A DNA stretch of 64,000 nucleotides from Candidatus Latescibacterota bacterium (GTDB lineage: Bacteria; Latescibacterota; UBA2968; GCA-2709665), in contig OZ250150.1 in NCBI GenBank assembly GCA_965237675.1, forward strand, positions 5,376,001 through 5,440,000. The letters run 5' to 3'. The position numbers and the translations under genes were made by a program. Each line of letters opens with the position of its first letter. Within the stretch, counting starts at the first letter, position 1. Below, in pieces: positions 1 through 10,000 of this stretch. Below the pieces are notes generated by a model. It had not been told where the DNA came from. It did no database searches and saw only the letters and a program-made list of their open reading frames with translations.

Positions 1-1440
1 AGGGGTGTGTTCCCCGATGAAGTCGAAGTCCGTGCGAACGATCCGCGAAACCGGGAGTTTTTCCAACACCGACAGATCCCGCCCCTGGTGTATATTCAAC
101 CCCCGGCGCCTGAGCTTGAGAGAATAGATGGACTCGCTCTCGATGACGCGCGCCATGACCACCGCCAGAACCGTGGTAAACAACAACGGCAGGATCAGGC
201 GGTAGTTCCCCGTCATTTCCACAATAATCAGCGAGGATGTCAGAGGGGCGTGTGTTGTCGCGGCGACGAAGGCGCTCATTCCAACCACCGCGTATGCGCC
301 CGGAGGGCTGATGACGCCGGGCAACCAGGTCTCCGCAAGCCGGCCGAAGGCGCCGCCGAGCGTGGCGCCCATAAACAGCGATGGTGCAAACAGGCCGCCC
401 GATGCGCCCGAGCCCACCGTCAACGATGTGCTCAGCAACTTCAACCCCAGCAACAAACCCAGCATGGGCAGCAGAATCTGTCCGTGAAGTGCGGCGCCGA
501 CGATCTCGTAACCCACACCAAGGGCGTGTGGACACCCCAGGCCGATGAGCCCGACCAACGCGCCGCCGAGGGCCGGCTTTAACCACGCGGGCATCCCGAA
601 CGCGTGCCGGTTGAAGAGATCTTCCGAAGCGTACAGAAGCCAAATGAAAAAGGCGCCCACGACTCCCGAGAGAACAGCAAGGATAACATACCATCCCAAC
701 TCGTGGAGATTGACGAACTGATAGTCCGGCACCTCGAATACCTGGCGTTCTCCCATATAGGCCTTCGCGACGACGGCCGACATTACCGAAGCAATCACCA
801 CGGGCGTGAAGGCGCCAATCGTAAAATCCCCGAGGATGATTTCAAGCGAAAATAGCACGCCCGCGATCGGGGCGTTGAAAATAGCCGAAATTCCGGCCGA
901 AACGCCACAGGCAATCAGCGTTTTCAGGTTTGCTTCCGAAAACCTGAACAGCCGCCCGACACTGGATCCCCAGGCAGCACCGATCTGGATAATCGGGCCC
1001 TCGCTCCCGGCCGACCCGCCGGATCCGAGGGTGAATGCGGACGCAAACGCCTTGGCTACCATCACCCGCGCACGAATCACCCCACGCCGGGTGATGATTG
1101 CGTTCATCACCTCCGAAACGCCAGGGCCTCGCGCCTCCGCCGCATAGAAACAGGCGATCAGCCCGGCGGCCAATCCGCCGATGGCGGGAATGAGCGGGAA
1201 CAGGAAGGGTTCGCCCAGAAATGCACGTGCGTCTACAAGCAGCAGCCTGTGCGTCACATCCAACAACCACTGAAACAGCACGGACCCAGCCCCGCAACCG
1301 ACCCCGACGAGAATGGCCAGACTGATCAGGAAGCTCTGCTCACTGAGGTTGAACCGGAGGAAGAACCGAACGATCCGGTTTCGGAAGCGGGTTACCGCGT
1401 TGGAGGAAGGAGAAATGGCTGGCGCGGGATCAACATCCAC
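1..1440 (-). CDS. ClC-family chloride channel/transporter with probable C-terminal CBS region (3'-truncated by window edge)
   Basis: Missing from the ORF track because it runs off the edge. Manual translation from GTG at 1440 gives MDVDPAPAI...ARGPGVSEV...GSGGSAGSEGPIIQIG...LFSLEIILG...GSGASGGLFAPSLFMG...ESIYSLKL, the ClC signature motifs. Confidence 0.92.
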   Translation of the reverse strand, partial: MDVDPAPAISPSSNAVTRFRNRIVRFFLRFNLSEQSFLISLAILVGVGCGAGSVLFQWLLDVTHRLLLVDARAFLGEPFLFPLIPAIGGLAAGLIACFYAAEARGPGVSEVMNAIITRRGVIRARVMVAKAFASAFTLGSGGSAGSEGPIIQIGAAWGSSVGRLFRFSEANLKTLIACGVSAGISAIFNAPIAGVLFSLEIILGDFTIGAFTPVVIASVMSAVVAKAYMGERQVFEVPDYQFVNLHELGWYVILAVLSGVVGAFFIWLLYASEDLFNRHAFGMPAWLKPALGGALVGLIGLGCPHALGVGYEIVGAALHGQILLPMLGLLLGLKLLSTSLTVGSGASGGLFAPSLFMGATLGGAFGRLAETWLPGVISPPGAYAVVGMSAFVAATTHAPLTSSLIIVEMTGNYRLILPLLFTTVLAVVMARVIESESIYSLKLRRRGLNIHQGRDLSVLEKLPVSRIVRTDFDFIGEHTP

Positions 1441-1682
1441 CGTTAAATCCCTTTTTTGCAGGAGCAGGTCGTCGTGAGTGACGCTGATTTCGAAAAGTGA
1501 GTATACCCTTCACCACCGGTACTGTCAAGCGGAATGCGGATGTTGTAACGCACGCAAAAACATGAAACATTTTGGCGGAATCGGCGTAAAATGGGGGAGA
1601 ATCTACGTCAACATACGGCAGATTACCGGATCGGCCGATGCGCCCCTCCCGTTCCGGCTTATTCGAAACCGAAAGGAATTCC

Positions 1683-4091
1683 ATGCGCCCCGATAGACCC
1701 GTACCGGTGTTTATCACCAAGCTGTGCGTCATTTTTCTCTTGTCGCCATCCTCCGTTTTTTCGCTTTCGCCCACCCATGCGGACTCCCTCTACGCCTATG
1801 GCCAAACCACCGAACGGATGGACGCCGTGCGTGAAATCGTCGCCGAACTCAACGCCGCCGTCGCCGAAGCCATCCATCCGGCAGGTATGCTGATCCGTAT
1901 CGGCAACCTGTACGTGCGGCTGCAGGAGGCGGACAGCGCTCAGGTCGCCTTCCAGGCCGCCGTTGACCAGGATACCACGCTGGCAGGAGCCTATCTCGGG
2001 CTCGGCGAGGTCTTGCTCGAATTCCGAAACAGACCCCGATCCGCCCTTGTTCCTCTGCAAAGGGCCGTCGACCTGGATTCCACTTATGCCGAAGCGCACT
2101 TCATGATGGCCCGCGCGTACCTGCGTTCCAGAAAAACCACGGCCGCCAGGCGAGCGGCGGACAAAAGCATTCAGGAGGACCCGAAATACGGCCCGCCATA
2201 CCTATTTCTGGCAAAACTCTACCAACGGGAAAACAACAATCGGGCCGCCCACACGTTCTACAAAAAATATCTTGAACAACGCCCGGACGATCAGACCGCA
2301 GCCTACGAATTCGCCGTTGAACTGCTCAGCCAGAAAGAACTCGACCGGGCCCGGGAAATCGCAGAGCGGCTCGGGGGTTCGCGTGGCATGCCCATCGTCG
2401 CCCAGGCGCTCATGGCCGACCGGGACTATGAGGGTGCGCTGGCGGCCTTTTCGCAGTATATCGACAGCCTCGCCCCTGAGGAACATGCCCTCTTCGAAGA
2501 CATTTCGCTGGTCGGCCGTTCTCACGAAGTGAACGCCTATCGTTCGACGACCCCGAAAACCAGGGAGATATTCCTGCGAAACTTCTGGCTTAGGAAAGAC
2601 CCCTTCAAATCGTCCGCCGGTGCGATGCGGCGGGCCGAGCACTACCGTCGGGTCTGGCATGCCCGCACATTTTTTGGGAAGAAAAAGTTCCCGTATGACC
2701 GGCGGGGCGAGATTTATATTCGCTACGGTGAACCGGATTTCCGTTCCAGTTGGCGCGAACTCAACGCCCAGATGCCGCTCAGAGTCCAGCGCGTTCAGGA
2801 ACGCATGGCCCATCAGCTATATGGGAACAAAGCCCTGGCCCTGACGTTTGTGGGTCCCGTCTACCCCATTCGCTCCGCACAGACCGCCGAAAACACCTGG
2901 CGCAACTCGGAGGTCCGTGCAAGTTCACAACCGATTCAGACAATAGACGAAACCGCGGTCGGCCTGGAACGATACAAACCCATAACGACCAGCGGCGACT
3001 GGTCCGCGGTTCCGTGGGCCGTCTGGATCTACGCCGATATCGACGGAGGCATTGAAATCGCCTTCACGGACGAGTTCAACACGGGTAACTTCGATTACGC
3101 ACCGGAACCCGTCCTCGGCCCAAATGATATCAATGAATTGAACATGCAAAGCAGGGGCGGCCCATTCCGCAACATGATCAACCGCCTCAACACCCTCTCT
3201 CCCGCAGCGCGGATGGCGAGAGTTGCCAGCAAGGAACCGGAACGATTCGCTTTTGAAACGCTGGAGCCCCTGGACTACTATTACGAGGCCCTTGCCTTTC
3301 GAGGGCAGGACGGCAAAACCGAACTGCAACTCAACATAGGACTGCCCATTGACAATGTAGCCCGGTCCGAAGACATCGACACGATCATCGTTGTCAATCG
3401 CCGCGTCGCGCTGGTCGACAGCCGCAGCGGCCAACTTCACAAACGCCGAGACGACCTCGCCGTGCCGGTTACGGACGCCAACCTGGGCCGGAGCCTGCTG
3501 GCGCTCGACCGCGTTGACATGGCCGCCGCACCAGGCGTGTACCAGCTTGCAGTGGAGGTCTGGCGGAAAAATACGGACATGCTCCAGGTTTACCAGCAGA
3601 CCCTGGAACTGCCCGACTATGGCGGTGGCGACCTTATGATGAGCGACATCCAGATCGCCCAGAACGTGGAGGAAGCCAAAGAAGGATCCAGCTCGAAATT
3701 CGTGCGTCAAGGTTGGGACATCCTTCCGGCGCCGTCCCGCACCTTCTACGTTGGCAACTCCGTCTTCGTCTACTTCGAAGTCTACAACCTCGAAGAAGAC
3801 GCCTTCGGAAACACCCGTTACGAAGTGACGTTCGAGGTCATCTCCAAGTCCACGAGCGACAAATCCCCCAGAACCTTCCTGCCCAGAATCCGGAAAGACG
3901 GCGAAGCCATTGAGGTACAATACGAGCAGGCAGGCACCGAAAACTGGATCTCGGACTTCGTGGAACTGGATCTGGGGCAGGCGAACCCGGGTCGCTATTC
4001 CCTCCACATGACGGTCAAAGACCTGAATGCCGACCAGATCATAAAACAGGACAGCATTTTCCGGATTGCATCGCCCCCACGAAGGCAATAG
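1683..4091 (+). CDS. Secreted TPR-repeat + GWxTD-domain protein
   Basis: Signal-peptide-like N-terminus, TPR repeats, then FWLRKDP...EHYRRVWHA...DRRGEIYIRYGEPD typical of the GWxTD domain; beta-rich C-terminus (YFEVYNL). Start could be 1638. Confidence 0.8.
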   Translation: MRPDRPVPVFITKLCVIFLLSPSSVFSLSPTHADSLYAYGQTTERMDAVREIVAELNAAVAEAIHPAGMLIRIGNLYVRLQEADSAQVAFQAAVDQDTTLAGAYLGLGEVLLEFRNRPRSALVPLQRAVDLDSTYAEAHFMMARAYLRSRKTTAARRAADKSIQEDPKYGPPYLFLAKLYQRENNNRAAHTFYKKYLEQRPDDQTAAYEFAVELLSQKELDRAREIAERLGGSRGMPIVAQALMADRDYEGALAAFSQYIDSLAPEEHALFEDISLVGRSHEVNAYRSTTPKTREIFLRNFWLRKDPFKSSAGAMRRAEHYRRVWHARTFFGKKKFPYDRRGEIYIRYGEPDFRSSWRELNAQMPLRVQRVQERMAHQLYGNKALALTFVGPVYPIRSAQTAENTWRNSEVRASSQPIQTIDETAVGLERYKPITTSGDWSAVPWAVWIYADIDGGIEIAFTDEFNTGNFDYAPEPVLGPNDINELNMQSRGGPFRNMINRLNTLSPAARMARVASKEPERFAFETLEPLDYYYEALAFRGQDGKTELQLNIGLPIDNVARSEDIDTIIVVNRRVALVDSRSGQLHKRRDDLAVPVTDANLGRSLLALDRVDMAAAPGVYQLAVEVWRKNTDMLQVYQQTLELPDYGGGDLMMSDIQIAQNVEEAKEGSSSKFVRQGWDILPAPSRTFYVGNSVFVYFEVYNLEEDAFGNTRYEVTFEVISKSTSDKSPRTFLPRIRKDGEAIEVQYEQAGTENWISDFVELDLGQANPGRYSLHMTVKDLNADQIIKQDSIFRIASPPRRQ

Positions 4092-4233
4092 AGAGGTACT
4101 GCGCGGGAAGAAGCACCCGGAAACAGCCTGATCCCATAGCCGTTTTTGCGTTTCCCACCTCACGTTCCCGGTCGATCTGAGTGAAGACCGTGTCCTTCGG
4201 CCGACCGCACGTATCTGCGTTCAAACCGATCGA

Positions 4234-4782
4234 TTATCCCAGACCCATCACCAGGGTGCCGGCCAGACGATCGTGCAGCGCCTGCCGGTCCGGGTGACGG
4301 CGCGTGATCCAGACGAGTGCAAAACCCAGCAGCCAGCCCGAATAAAAGACGATCGACCAGACCCGCAGGCTTCCCGCATCGACATTCTCCGGCGGCGTCA
4401 GGACGCGTTCGGCGCCCAAAGCCACCTGATGAGGTTCCGCAAACGGATTCAGGAAAGACAGGACAATTAGAATCACGAAAATAGGCGTCCACTTCACGGA
4501 TGAACGGACAAAGGCCCGGGCCCGCCCCATTCCGCCGCCGTCCACGGAAATTACCCTCAGGCTCATCATAATCTTACCCGGCGTCTGTCCCCTGCGCGCA
4601 AGAAAAACGGTACAATAAATCAGCGTTATCCCGTACTCCAGAACCAGCGCCGAAATCGGCGAGGGCGTGACCTCTCTCAGCGCGCGCGAAAGCGGCAGAT
4701 CCAGAAGCTTCAGCATCAGCATGTCAATCATCAACGCGAGAAACCGCTTTCCAAGCCCGGCCATCTCATCTTGCATCAGCAT
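4234..4782 (-). CDS. RDD family membrane protein
   Basis: KRFLALMID, GQTPGK...LRV and RQALHDRLAGTLV motifs. Confidence 0.9.
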   Translation of the reverse strand: MLMQDEMAGLGKRFLALMIDMLMLKLLDLPLSRALREVTPSPISALVLEYGITLIYCTVFLARRGQTPGKIMMSLRVISVDGGGMGRARAFVRSSVKWTPIFVILIVLSFLNPFAEPHQVALGAERVLTPPENVDAGSLRVWSIVFYSGWLLGFALVWITRRHPDRQALHDRLAGTLVMGLG

Positions 4783-4786
4783 CGCC

Positions 4787-5206
4787 TTACGCCCCTGTTT
4801 GAGACCGAGGTCCGTGAAGCTCGATCGGCAGATATTCCCTGAATCGTTGGAAATCGCCGTCTGTGGTCAAGACCGGCATCCCGTACCGGTGCGATGCCGC
4901 GCAGATCAGAAAATCCGTGCTCGACCCGTGAACACCCCGGCTTCGGCTCAGGTTGAAAAAATTGGCCGCGCATTCATAATCCGGCGCCCTGAGCGGCAGG
5001 TCCGGAAACGCTCGCAGACGACTTCGAAGCCTCTCAATTTGATCCTGAGAACGGATTCCGGAGAGGACCTCCTGGCGGACCGGGCCGATCATTTGAACCC
5101 GAAGTTCACGGACCAGTTCCCCGAACTCCTCGACGAAAGGATGTTCGGAAACGACCTTGCGTCGAAGCGATAACGACCAAACGCTCGTATCAACCAGTAC
5201 CTTCAT
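4787..5206 (-). CDS. vapC: PIN-domain toxin (VapC)
   Basis: MKVLVDTSVW, QEVLSG, DFLICA, LTTDGDF acidic PIN motifs; 4-nt overlap with the antitoxin. Confidence 0.93.
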   Translation of the reverse strand: MKVLVDTSVWSLSLRRKVVSEHPFVEEFGELVRELRVQMIGPVRQEVLSGIRSQDQIERLRSRLRAFPDLPLRAPDYECAANFFNLSRSRGVHGSSTDFLICAASHRYGMPVLTTDGDFQRFREYLPIELHGPRSQTGA

Positions 5207-5403
5207 TGCCGTTTTCGCTGTATCTTGTAGTCGAAATCCGGATCGTAGTCGATCGTATTGAACAGGTCCAGTATCCGCAGTTGTCTGCGGCGCTGAACAT
5301 ACTCTTCCAGGGCCTCCGTGACAACCGCCTTTTTCGTTCTGTGCCCTCCAATCCGACGGGCCTCCTCGATCAATGCGTCGTCAAGTGCAAGATTGGTCGC
5401 CAC
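5203..5403 (-). CDS. vapB: VapB-family ribbon-helix-helix antitoxin
   Basis: 66 aa, TNLALDDALIEEARRIGGHRTKKAVVTEALEEY; strong SD AGGAGGT upstream. Confidence 0.9.
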   Translation of the reverse strand: MATNLALDDALIEEARRIGGHRTKKAVVTEALEEYVQRRRQLRILDLFNTIDYDPDFDYKIQRKRQ

Positions 5404-5415
5404 GATACACCTCCT

Positions 5416-5450
5416 TTTTACACATAAATTTACACAATATTACGTGTGAG
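5416..5450 (-). promoter_or_regulatory. Probable vapBC promoter/operator with repeated ACACA/TGTGT half-sites
   Basis: AT-rich tacacataaatttacacaatattacgtgtg directly upstream of the vapB SD, with direct and inverted ACAC motifs as expected for RHH autoregulation. Confidence 0.45.
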
Positions 5451-5600
5451 CACAAACGGATTCCTGTTGTACGCGCCACCAGCACGAATTGCCCCGTCAG
5501 ACCGTAAAATGACCCGCGAATGGGAAGAGCAACGAAAGCCCTGCTTCCTGTTAACCTTATATTCGTGCTCTCTCACAAATCAACCAGGGAGGTGTACGCC

Positions 5601-6638
5601 GTGAGACTCGTGCAATTCCACGATCCATCCGCCCCCGACCCCGCGCGCCTTGGCCTCGTCGAAAGCGATAGGGTTCTGGACCTCACGGCGTGCGAGCCGT
5701 ACCCCGCATCGGTCTACGACCTCTACTATACCCACGGAGGAGACACCCGCGGGTTGGATCGGGTGGTCGCGGACATCGACACTGCCAAAGGACGTTGCTA
5801 CAACCTGAAGGAACTTATGAACGATACGGCATCCGCGGGCCGGCCGCACCTGATCGCTCCCGTCACGCCGCCGCCCGGACAACCCCACCGATTGCGGATC
5901 TGGCTGGCCGGTGTCACCCACGCCGACAGCGCCAGGCTGCGGGAAACCGAAGCGAAAGAGGCCACAGGCGGATCCGTCAATGTTTACGACCAGAAATACC
6001 GCGAATGCGCGCGCGGGGGCATACCCGAGCTCTTTGCGAAGACCGACGCTGCCGCCCTGGCCGGGCATCGCGGGCACATCGCCCGACCGGACAACACCCG
6101 CCGCCTCGTGCCCGAAGCCGAACTGGTCACCCTGTACGGGCTGGACACCCACGGACAGATCAGGCGTTTGGGCTATACCGGCGGCAATGACTACACCGAC
6201 AACGGCATTGAAGCCGAAAATCCACTGAATCTTCCCCAGGCCAAGAACTGGTATGGCGGCTGCGCCAGCCTGGGGCCGGTTCTGGTCACGGATTCCGAAT
6301 TCGACGACACCAGCGTCGCCGTGTCCTGCGAAGTTCTGAGAGACAACGAACGCATCGCCTGCAAGGCGGGAAGTACCGGCCAGAGCCATCTCAATATGCC
6401 TGACGGGCGCTTCCACCTGGAACGGTCTCTTTTCAGCCGCCTGCTCCTGCAAAAAAAGACCCTGCAACTGCTGTACTGGGGCACCCCGATTGTTTTCTCG
6501 GAGGCCGACCTGCCCGACGGCCTCCAGGTTAACGACACGGTCCTGATGTCCTTTGGCGGCATCGGCGACCTGCGGAATTCCATCGTGCCTTTTCCTGAAG
6601 GCCGCCAATTGGCGTGGTTGGAAGCCAACCGGCATTGA
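5601..6638 (+). CDS. Fumarylacetoacetate-hydrolase-fold protein (sugar-acid dehydratase/hydrolase-like)
   Basis: IWLAGVTH, PELFAK, PEAEL, GYTGGND, IEAENPLNLPQAK, LGPVLV match FAH-family motifs; GTG start after SD GGGAGG. Confidence 0.75.
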   Translation: MRLVQFHDPSAPDPARLGLVESDRVLDLTACEPYPASVYDLYYTHGGDTRGLDRVVADIDTAKGRCYNLKELMNDTASAGRPHLIAPVTPPPGQPHRLRIWLAGVTHADSARLRETEAKEATGGSVNVYDQKYRECARGGIPELFAKTDAAALAGHRGHIARPDNTRRLVPEAELVTLYGLDTHGQIRRLGYTGGNDYTDNGIEAENPLNLPQAKNWYGGCASLGPVLVTDSEFDDTSVAVSCEVLRDNERIACKAGSTGQSHLNMPDGRFHLERSLFSRLLLQKKTLQLLYWGTPIVFSEADLPDGLQVNDTVLMSFGGIGDLRNSIVPFPEGRQLAWLEANRH

Positions 6639-6643
6639 GGCGC

Positions 6644-7078
6644 CTACAAGACCCGATCGTGGCCCCACGGATCCTGTTTGACAATCTCGAATTCCTTGAT
6701 CGGACTTCGGCCGCGCGGCGCGTCGTGCAGCGTTGACGGATTGCAGGAAGTCCCGGCCAGCTTCAGTAGCGATTCCAGTTGGGGCTGACCCAACGTAAGT
6801 CCTTCCAGAAACATCTCTTCGCCGTTGATATCCTTTACGGTTGTGCCTTCCGGCCCCACAAACACCCGGCGCAACGCCCGCATATCCGCGCGGTGTTCCC
6901 GGAAATACGCAAGCGCCCGGACGGAAGGTCGTTTCGCCAAGCAATTCGACAGAGACGGAACCCCTTCCGAAACCCTTATGGCCGCCCAGGACGATCGCCT
7001 GCAGAACTGGCGCATGCTCCAGGAGACGGCCGGCATCATCTGAAAACACGCCGTAAACATTGTCATGGGTCGTTGCAC
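6644..7078 (-). CDS. Hypothetical protein (start uncertain, possibly frameshifted)
   Basis: 144-aa ORF filling the gap convergent with the FAH gene; C-terminal half looks protein-like, N-terminus doubtful. Confidence 0.4.
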   Translation of the reverse strand: MQRPMTMFTACFQMMPAVSWSMRQFCRRSSWAAIRVSEGVPSLSNCLAKRPSVRALAYFREHRADMRALRRVFVGPEGTTVKDINGEEMFLEGLTLGQPQLESLLKLAGTSCNPSTLHDAPRGRSPIKEFEIVKQDPWGHDRVL

Positions 7079-7161
7079 AAAAAGCCTCTGGAGGAGTGCC
7101 GTGCCTCCCGGGGCTCTTTGTCTTCAGAGGCCCGCTAAAGCGGCGTAAAAGGGCAACATGG

Positions 7162-7190
7162 TTGACTTTTCAGCCGACTACCGGTAAATT
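7162..7190 (+). promoter_or_regulatory. Sigma70-type promoter of the aceE operon
   Basis: TTGACT-17 nt-TAAATT about 70 nt upstream of the aceE ATG. Confidence 0.6.
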
Positions 7191-7262
7191 CAGAGGCCGA
7201 TGGGGCATCGATCAATCCGTCAGCGACAAGCCCGCACACGGCGAATCAATACGAGGCCGTTA

Positions 7263-9968
7263 ATGTCTGATAAAGTCGTCCGAAACCCTTCCCGGGACGT
7301 CGACCCCGCCGAAACCCAGGACTGGATCGAATCGCTCGACTACGCCCTGCAAAACTACGGACCGGACCGGGTACGCTTCCTGTTCAAGAAAATTGAAGAA
7401 TGGGCGCAACGGGCGGACGTCGTCATCCCCTTCAGCGCAAATACGCCCTACGTCAACACCATTCCGGTGGATCAGCAGCACCCGTACCCGGGCAACCGCG
7501 AAATCGAACGCCGTATCAAGAGCATCATTCGCTGGAACGCCATGGCCATGGTGGTACGCGCCAACCGCGAATACGACGGCATTGGCGGCCACATTTCCAC
7601 CTACGCGTCCGCGGCCACTCTGCTCGAGGTGGGTTTCGACCATTTCTTCCACGGCAGGGGCAACGGCTTCGTGGGCGACCAGGTGTATTTCCAGGGGCAC
7701 GCCGCGCCGGGCGTCTACGCCCGGGCTTTCCTTGAAGGCAGGATCGACGAACATGCCCTGGAAAATTTCCGCCGCGACCTCAGGCATCCCGGCGGGCTGT
7801 CCTCCTATCCGCACCCCTGGCTGATGCCCGACTTCTGGGAATATCCGACGGTGTCGATGGGGCTGGCGCCCATTATGGGCATCTATCACGCGCGTTTCAA
7901 CCGTTACCTGGAAGATCGAGGCCTTAAAGACACCTCCGCCTCCCATGTGTGGGTCTTCATGGGCGACGGCGAAACCGACGAGCCCGAGTCCCTTGGGGCC
8001 ATCACCCTGGCCTCCAGGGAGAAGCTGGACAACCTCATCTTTGTGATCAACTGTAATCTCCAGCGGCTGGACGGTCCGGTACGCGGTAACGGCAAGGTGA
8101 TCCAGGAACTGGAGGCCGCGTTCCGCGGCGCCGGCTGGAACGTCATCAAAGTGATCTGGGGCGACGACTGGGACCCGCTGCTGGCCCGGGACCACGAGGG
8201 TGTGCTCGTCCAGCGCATGAACGCGGTGGTGGACGGCCAATACCAGAAATATACCGTTGAACCGGGCGACTACATCCGCAGAGATTTCTTTGGTACGCAA
8301 CCCGAACTGCTCGGGATGGTCGACCACCTTTCCGATGAACAACTGCAGAAAATGCGCCGCGGCGGGCACGACCCCGAAAAAGTCTACGCCGCATACAAGT
8401 CGGCGGTGGAGCACCGGGGCTCACCCACCGTTATCCTGGCAAAAACGATCAAGGGCTACGGGATAGGCGAAGCCGGCGAAGGCCGGAACGTCTCCCACCA
8501 GCAGAAGAAACTGAACGAAGACGAACTGCGGGAGTTCAGATCCCGCTTCGGAATCCCCATCTCCAACGACGAAGTCGCCGCCGCACCCTTTTACCGGCCT
8601 CCCGAAGACAGCCCGGAAATTAAATATTTGAAGCAGCGCCGGGAGGAACTAGGCGGATACGTGCCCTGCCGAAACGTCAACACAAGACCTCTTGTCGCTC
8701 CAGCGCTGGACGTTTTTGACGAATTCCTGAAGGGTACGCTGGGTCGGCAGGTCTCGACCACGATGGCCTTCGTCCGGATGTTCTCCAAGCTCCTTCGCGA
8801 TCCCGTAATTGGCAAACTCATCGTGCCCATTATTCCGGACGAAGCCCGCACGTTCGGCATGGAACCGCTCTTTCGACAGTGTGGCATCTACTCCCACGTC
8901 GGCCAGCTCTACGAACCGGTAGACGCCGATACACTACTCTATTATCGGGAAGTCAGGGAAGGCCAGATCCTGGAAGAGGGCATCAGCGAAGCCGGCTCCA
9001 TGTGCTCCTTCATTGCCGCAGGCACCGCCTATGCCACCTGTGGCGTAAACACCATCCCGTTTTTCATCTACTATTCCATGTTCGGCTTTCAACGCATCGG
9101 CGACCTGATCTGGGCCGCCGCCGATATGCGATGCAAAGGTTTCCTCCTGGGGGGCACGGCCGGCAGAACGACGTTGAACGGAGAGGGCCTCCAACACCAG
9201 GACGGCCACAGCCACGTGCTGGCCAGCACCGTCCCCAACCTGCTCACCTACGATCCCGCCTATGCTTACGAAATCGCGGTCATCGTCCAGGACGGCATCC
9301 GGCGCATGTACGGGGAGCAGGAAGATATCTTTTACTATCTGACGCTGGGAAACGAGCCCTACGATATGCCGGCCATGCCGGAGGGCGCCGCGGAGGGCAT
9401 TATCAGAGGTATCTACAAACTCAAGCCGGGCTCGATGGAAAACGCATCGCACCACATCCAACTGTTTGGCAGTGGCGCAATCCTGAAGGAGGCCCTTCGC
9501 GCCCGGGAAATTCTGGCCGAAAAATACGGCATTTCCGCGCAGGTCTGGAGCGTCACCAGCTACAAGGAACTGCGAAAAGACGCCCTTGAAACCGAACGAT
9601 GGAACAGACTGCACCCCTCCGAGCCGGTACGTAAGCCCTATATCACCAACGTACTCGAAAATGCCGAGGGCCCGGTCGTGGCCGCTTCCGATTATATGAA
9701 AATCCTGCCCGACATGATCCGACCCTGGGTACCACAGGATCTGGTCGCCCTCGGTACCGACGGATTTGGAAGGAGTGATACCCGGGAGGCGCTTCGCCGC
9801 CACTTTGAAGTGGATGCCGAATTCATCGCCGTCGCGGCGCTCCACGCCCTCTCAAACCAGGGCAGGATCGGAAAAGACCAGGTTGAGAGCGCCATCGTGG
9901 ATCTCGGCGTGGACCCGGAAAAAGCCAATCCGGTCGCCGCGGGTCCTACGGTAAGTTACAGAAAATAG
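7263..9968 (+). CDS. aceE: Pyruvate dehydrogenase E1, homodimeric type
   Basis: GGHISTYAS, YFQGHA, PTVSMGL, ThDP motif GDGETDEPE...NCNLQRLDGPV, GEGLQHQDG, GTDGFGRSD. Confidence 0.98.
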   Translation: MSDKVVRNPSRDVDPAETQDWIESLDYALQNYGPDRVRFLFKKIEEWAQRADVVIPFSANTPYVNTIPVDQQHPYPGNREIERRIKSIIRWNAMAMVVRANREYDGIGGHISTYASAATLLEVGFDHFFHGRGNGFVGDQVYFQGHAAPGVYARAFLEGRIDEHALENFRRDLRHPGGLSSYPHPWLMPDFWEYPTVSMGLAPIMGIYHARFNRYLEDRGLKDTSASHVWVFMGDGETDEPESLGAITLASREKLDNLIFVINCNLQRLDGPVRGNGKVIQELEAAFRGAGWNVIKVIWGDDWDPLLARDHEGVLVQRMNAVVDGQYQKYTVEPGDYIRRDFFGTQPELLGMVDHLSDEQLQKMRRGGHDPEKVYAAYKSAVEHRGSPTVILAKTIKGYGIGEAGEGRNVSHQQKKLNEDELREFRSRFGIPISNDEVAAAPFYRPPEDSPEIKYLKQRREELGGYVPCRNVNTRPLVAPALDVFDEFLKGTLGRQVSTTMAFVRMFSKLLRDPVIGKLIVPIIPDEARTFGMEPLFRQCGIYSHVGQLYEPVDADTLLYYREVREGQILEEGISEAGSMCSFIAAGTAYATCGVNTIPFFIYYSMFGFQRIGDLIWAAADMRCKGFLLGGTAGRTTLNGEGLQHQDGHSHVLASTVPNLLTYDPAYAYEIAVIVQDGIRRMYGEQEDIFYYLTLGNEPYDMPAMPEGAAEGIIRGIYKLKPGSMENASHHIQLFGSGAILKEALRAREILAEKYGISAQVWSVTSYKELRKDALETERWNRLHPSEPVRKPYITNVLENAEGPVVAASDYMKILPDMIRPWVPQDLVALGTDGFGRSDTREALRRHFEVDAEFIAVAALHALSNQGRIGKDQVESAIVDLGVDPEKANPVAAGPTVSYRK

Positions 9969-10000
9969 CAAACGCTCGCCGCACCCGCAAAGGAGGAACC

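Noticed and set aside
7-1446. Plus-strand ORFs over the first 1.4 kb
   Set aside because: Antisense shadows of the minus-strand ClC gene that the ORF track missed.
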